The notes under the pieces were generated by a model, which saw only the letters and a program-made list of their open reading frames with translations, was not told the origin of the DNA and made no database searches. Positions 49,249-50,390 of a DNA stretch of 50,390 bases are shown piece by piece. Position 1 is the stretch's first letter. Each line of letters starts with the position of its first letter. Position numbers and translations under genes: made by a program. This stretch comes from Trichomonas gallinae (taxonomy: Eukaryota), in NCBI GenBank assembly GCA_008369845.1, contig MRSU01005260.1:1-50390 (forward strand). Reading direction: 5' to 3'.

Positions 49249-50046
49249 ATGTTTTCCTTCTTTTTAGCGACACTAACTTGCGAAGCGAGCTTTAGTGAGT
49301 TTATCCTTGGAGAGTGGTATGTAGAAAGAATAGCAGATAATGACATGCGTACAAAAGCTCTTGAGGATCAAATTTATTCAATCGAATTTCATAAATTTAA
49401 CGATTCAGATAAAATTGTTGGTACGATATTCAAAAACAACCTCCTCACAGACTTCGACGAATTCTCAGAGTCAGGATTCGTTGACACTTTTGAAGTTGAG
49501 ATTACAGATGTCAAGCTCATTATGGCTTCTCAAAAGAACTACATTGGACAGAAACTCGAATTAGAATATACAGATAATGAAGGAAAATGGGCGCTTACTG
49601 GAAAGATATTGGATGAAGAAATTACAATTACATTCAATGACCAAAAAACAGCTGATGTTCTCTTTAATGGAACACAATATATATTTGAAAGAGAGTCATG
49701 GCCAGAAGCCGCACCATTATCAGAACAATTCAAGATGGCTCAAGAATATGAGCAGAAAGCTCCTCGTCAGCTTTCATTCTATGAAACAGTCATGATTGCA
49801 CTTGCACCATACAAGAAATACAAATATCTTCTTTATACAGCTGCTCTTATATTTATCGCAGAAACTATTATCCTTACATGTGGATTCCCATGCTTCGGCC
49901 GCTCTGAAAAGAAGCATAAGGCACCAGTAAAGAATGCTGATGATCCAAAGAAGGATGAAGAAGAGGAAGAAAAAACTGAGAAGGCCAATGAAGAAGAAGC
50001 AGCAAAAGAAAAAAAGGCTGCAAAGGAGGAAGAATCAAAGAAATAA
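49249..50046 (+). CDS. Type I membrane protein of unknown function
   Basis: Signal MFSFFLATLTCEA, beta-rich ectodomain, TM YLLYTAALIFIAETIILTCGFPCF, charged K/E tail. Confidence 0.8.
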   Translation: MFSFFLATLTCEASFSEFILGEWYVERIADNDMRTKALEDQIYSIEFHKFNDSDKIVGTIFKNNLLTDFDEFSESGFVDTFEVEITDVKLIMASQKNYIGQKLELEYTDNEGKWALTGKILDEEITITFNDQKTADVLFNGTQYIFERESWPEAAPLSEQFKMAQEYEQKAPRQLSFYETVMIALAPYKKYKYLLYTAALIFIAETIILTCGFPCFGRSEKKHKAPVKNADDPKKDEEEEEKTEKANEEEAAKEKKAAKEEESKK

Positions 50047-50318
50047 TGTGATTCTATTTACTTATAAGATATGCTTTTGAAAATAAATTATGATTTTATT
50101 AGTCATTAGTTAACACGCACGTTTTTCTTGTTACACCAAATACAAAAACATCAACGTTTGATGATAAAAAAGATAATTTGATATAAATTTTGCAAATTTG
50201 CAAAATTTTCAAATCTTTTACTGAAATGATGATGAGAGATATGTAAAGGAATCCAAATATAATAAGAAATTAGCCGAATATAAAAAGGAAAAAAACAGCA
50301 GAAAGTTTGACTCGAACA

Positions 50319-50385
50319 AGGGATCAGAGTAACTATGACACTGACATCACGATCAATCTCAGGACAAAGATATCTTCACTTCCCC
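50319..50385 (-). ncRNA. Box C/D snoRNA, predicted guide for LSU rRNA helix 69 Am (snR63/SNORD46-equivalent site)
   Basis: Minus strand: GGGGA stem, C-like GTGAAGA (50379-50373), D' CTGA (50362-50359), C' GTGATGT (50350-50344), guide GTCATAGTTACT (50339-50328), D CTGA (50327-50324), closing TCCCT. Guide is antisense to the conserved LSU sequence AGUAACUAUGAC. Confidence 0.88.
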
Positions 50386-50390
50386 GCCTG

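Noticed and set aside
1..50390. Autonomous transposons (Maverick, Mariner, Mutator)
   Set aside because: No transposase, integrase or polymerase ORFs or long terminal repeats recognised.

Overview
Gene-dense, intron-poor, AT-rich eukaryotic DNA most consistent with a trichomonad (Trichomonas-like) parabasalid. This rests on short intergenic regions, TCA initiator motifs just before ATGs, a CCTTT motif before a ribosomal protein gene, TAAA signals fused to stop codons and a bacterial-type MdaB gene. The window holds about 21 protein genes: H2B (3' end), a small acylated protein, NOM1, CSN1-like, ATR, RPS24, a Gos1 SNARE, HEN1, a degenerate CDP-alcohol phosphotransferase, a Rab, prefoldin 1, CDC7, a short VPS13, a BPI-like/PqiA fusion, a beta-helix-like protein, cathepsin B-like, MdaB, TM9SF, a divergent dynein heavy chain, a coiled-coil protein, TAF10-like and a type I membrane protein. 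Two RNA genes are invisible to the ORF track: a box C/D snoRNA whose guide predicts methylation in LSU rRNA helix 69, followed by a Pol III B-box and T-run, and a tRNA-Lys(UUU)-like gene missing its D-arm. Other highlights are an 11-bp intergenic motif TGWCATGTAAA seen 11 times, a VPS13 lacking an ATG for its N-terminal domain next to the putative lipid transporter fusion, and two probable pseudoenzymes. All assignments come from motif recognition by eye; no database searches were run.
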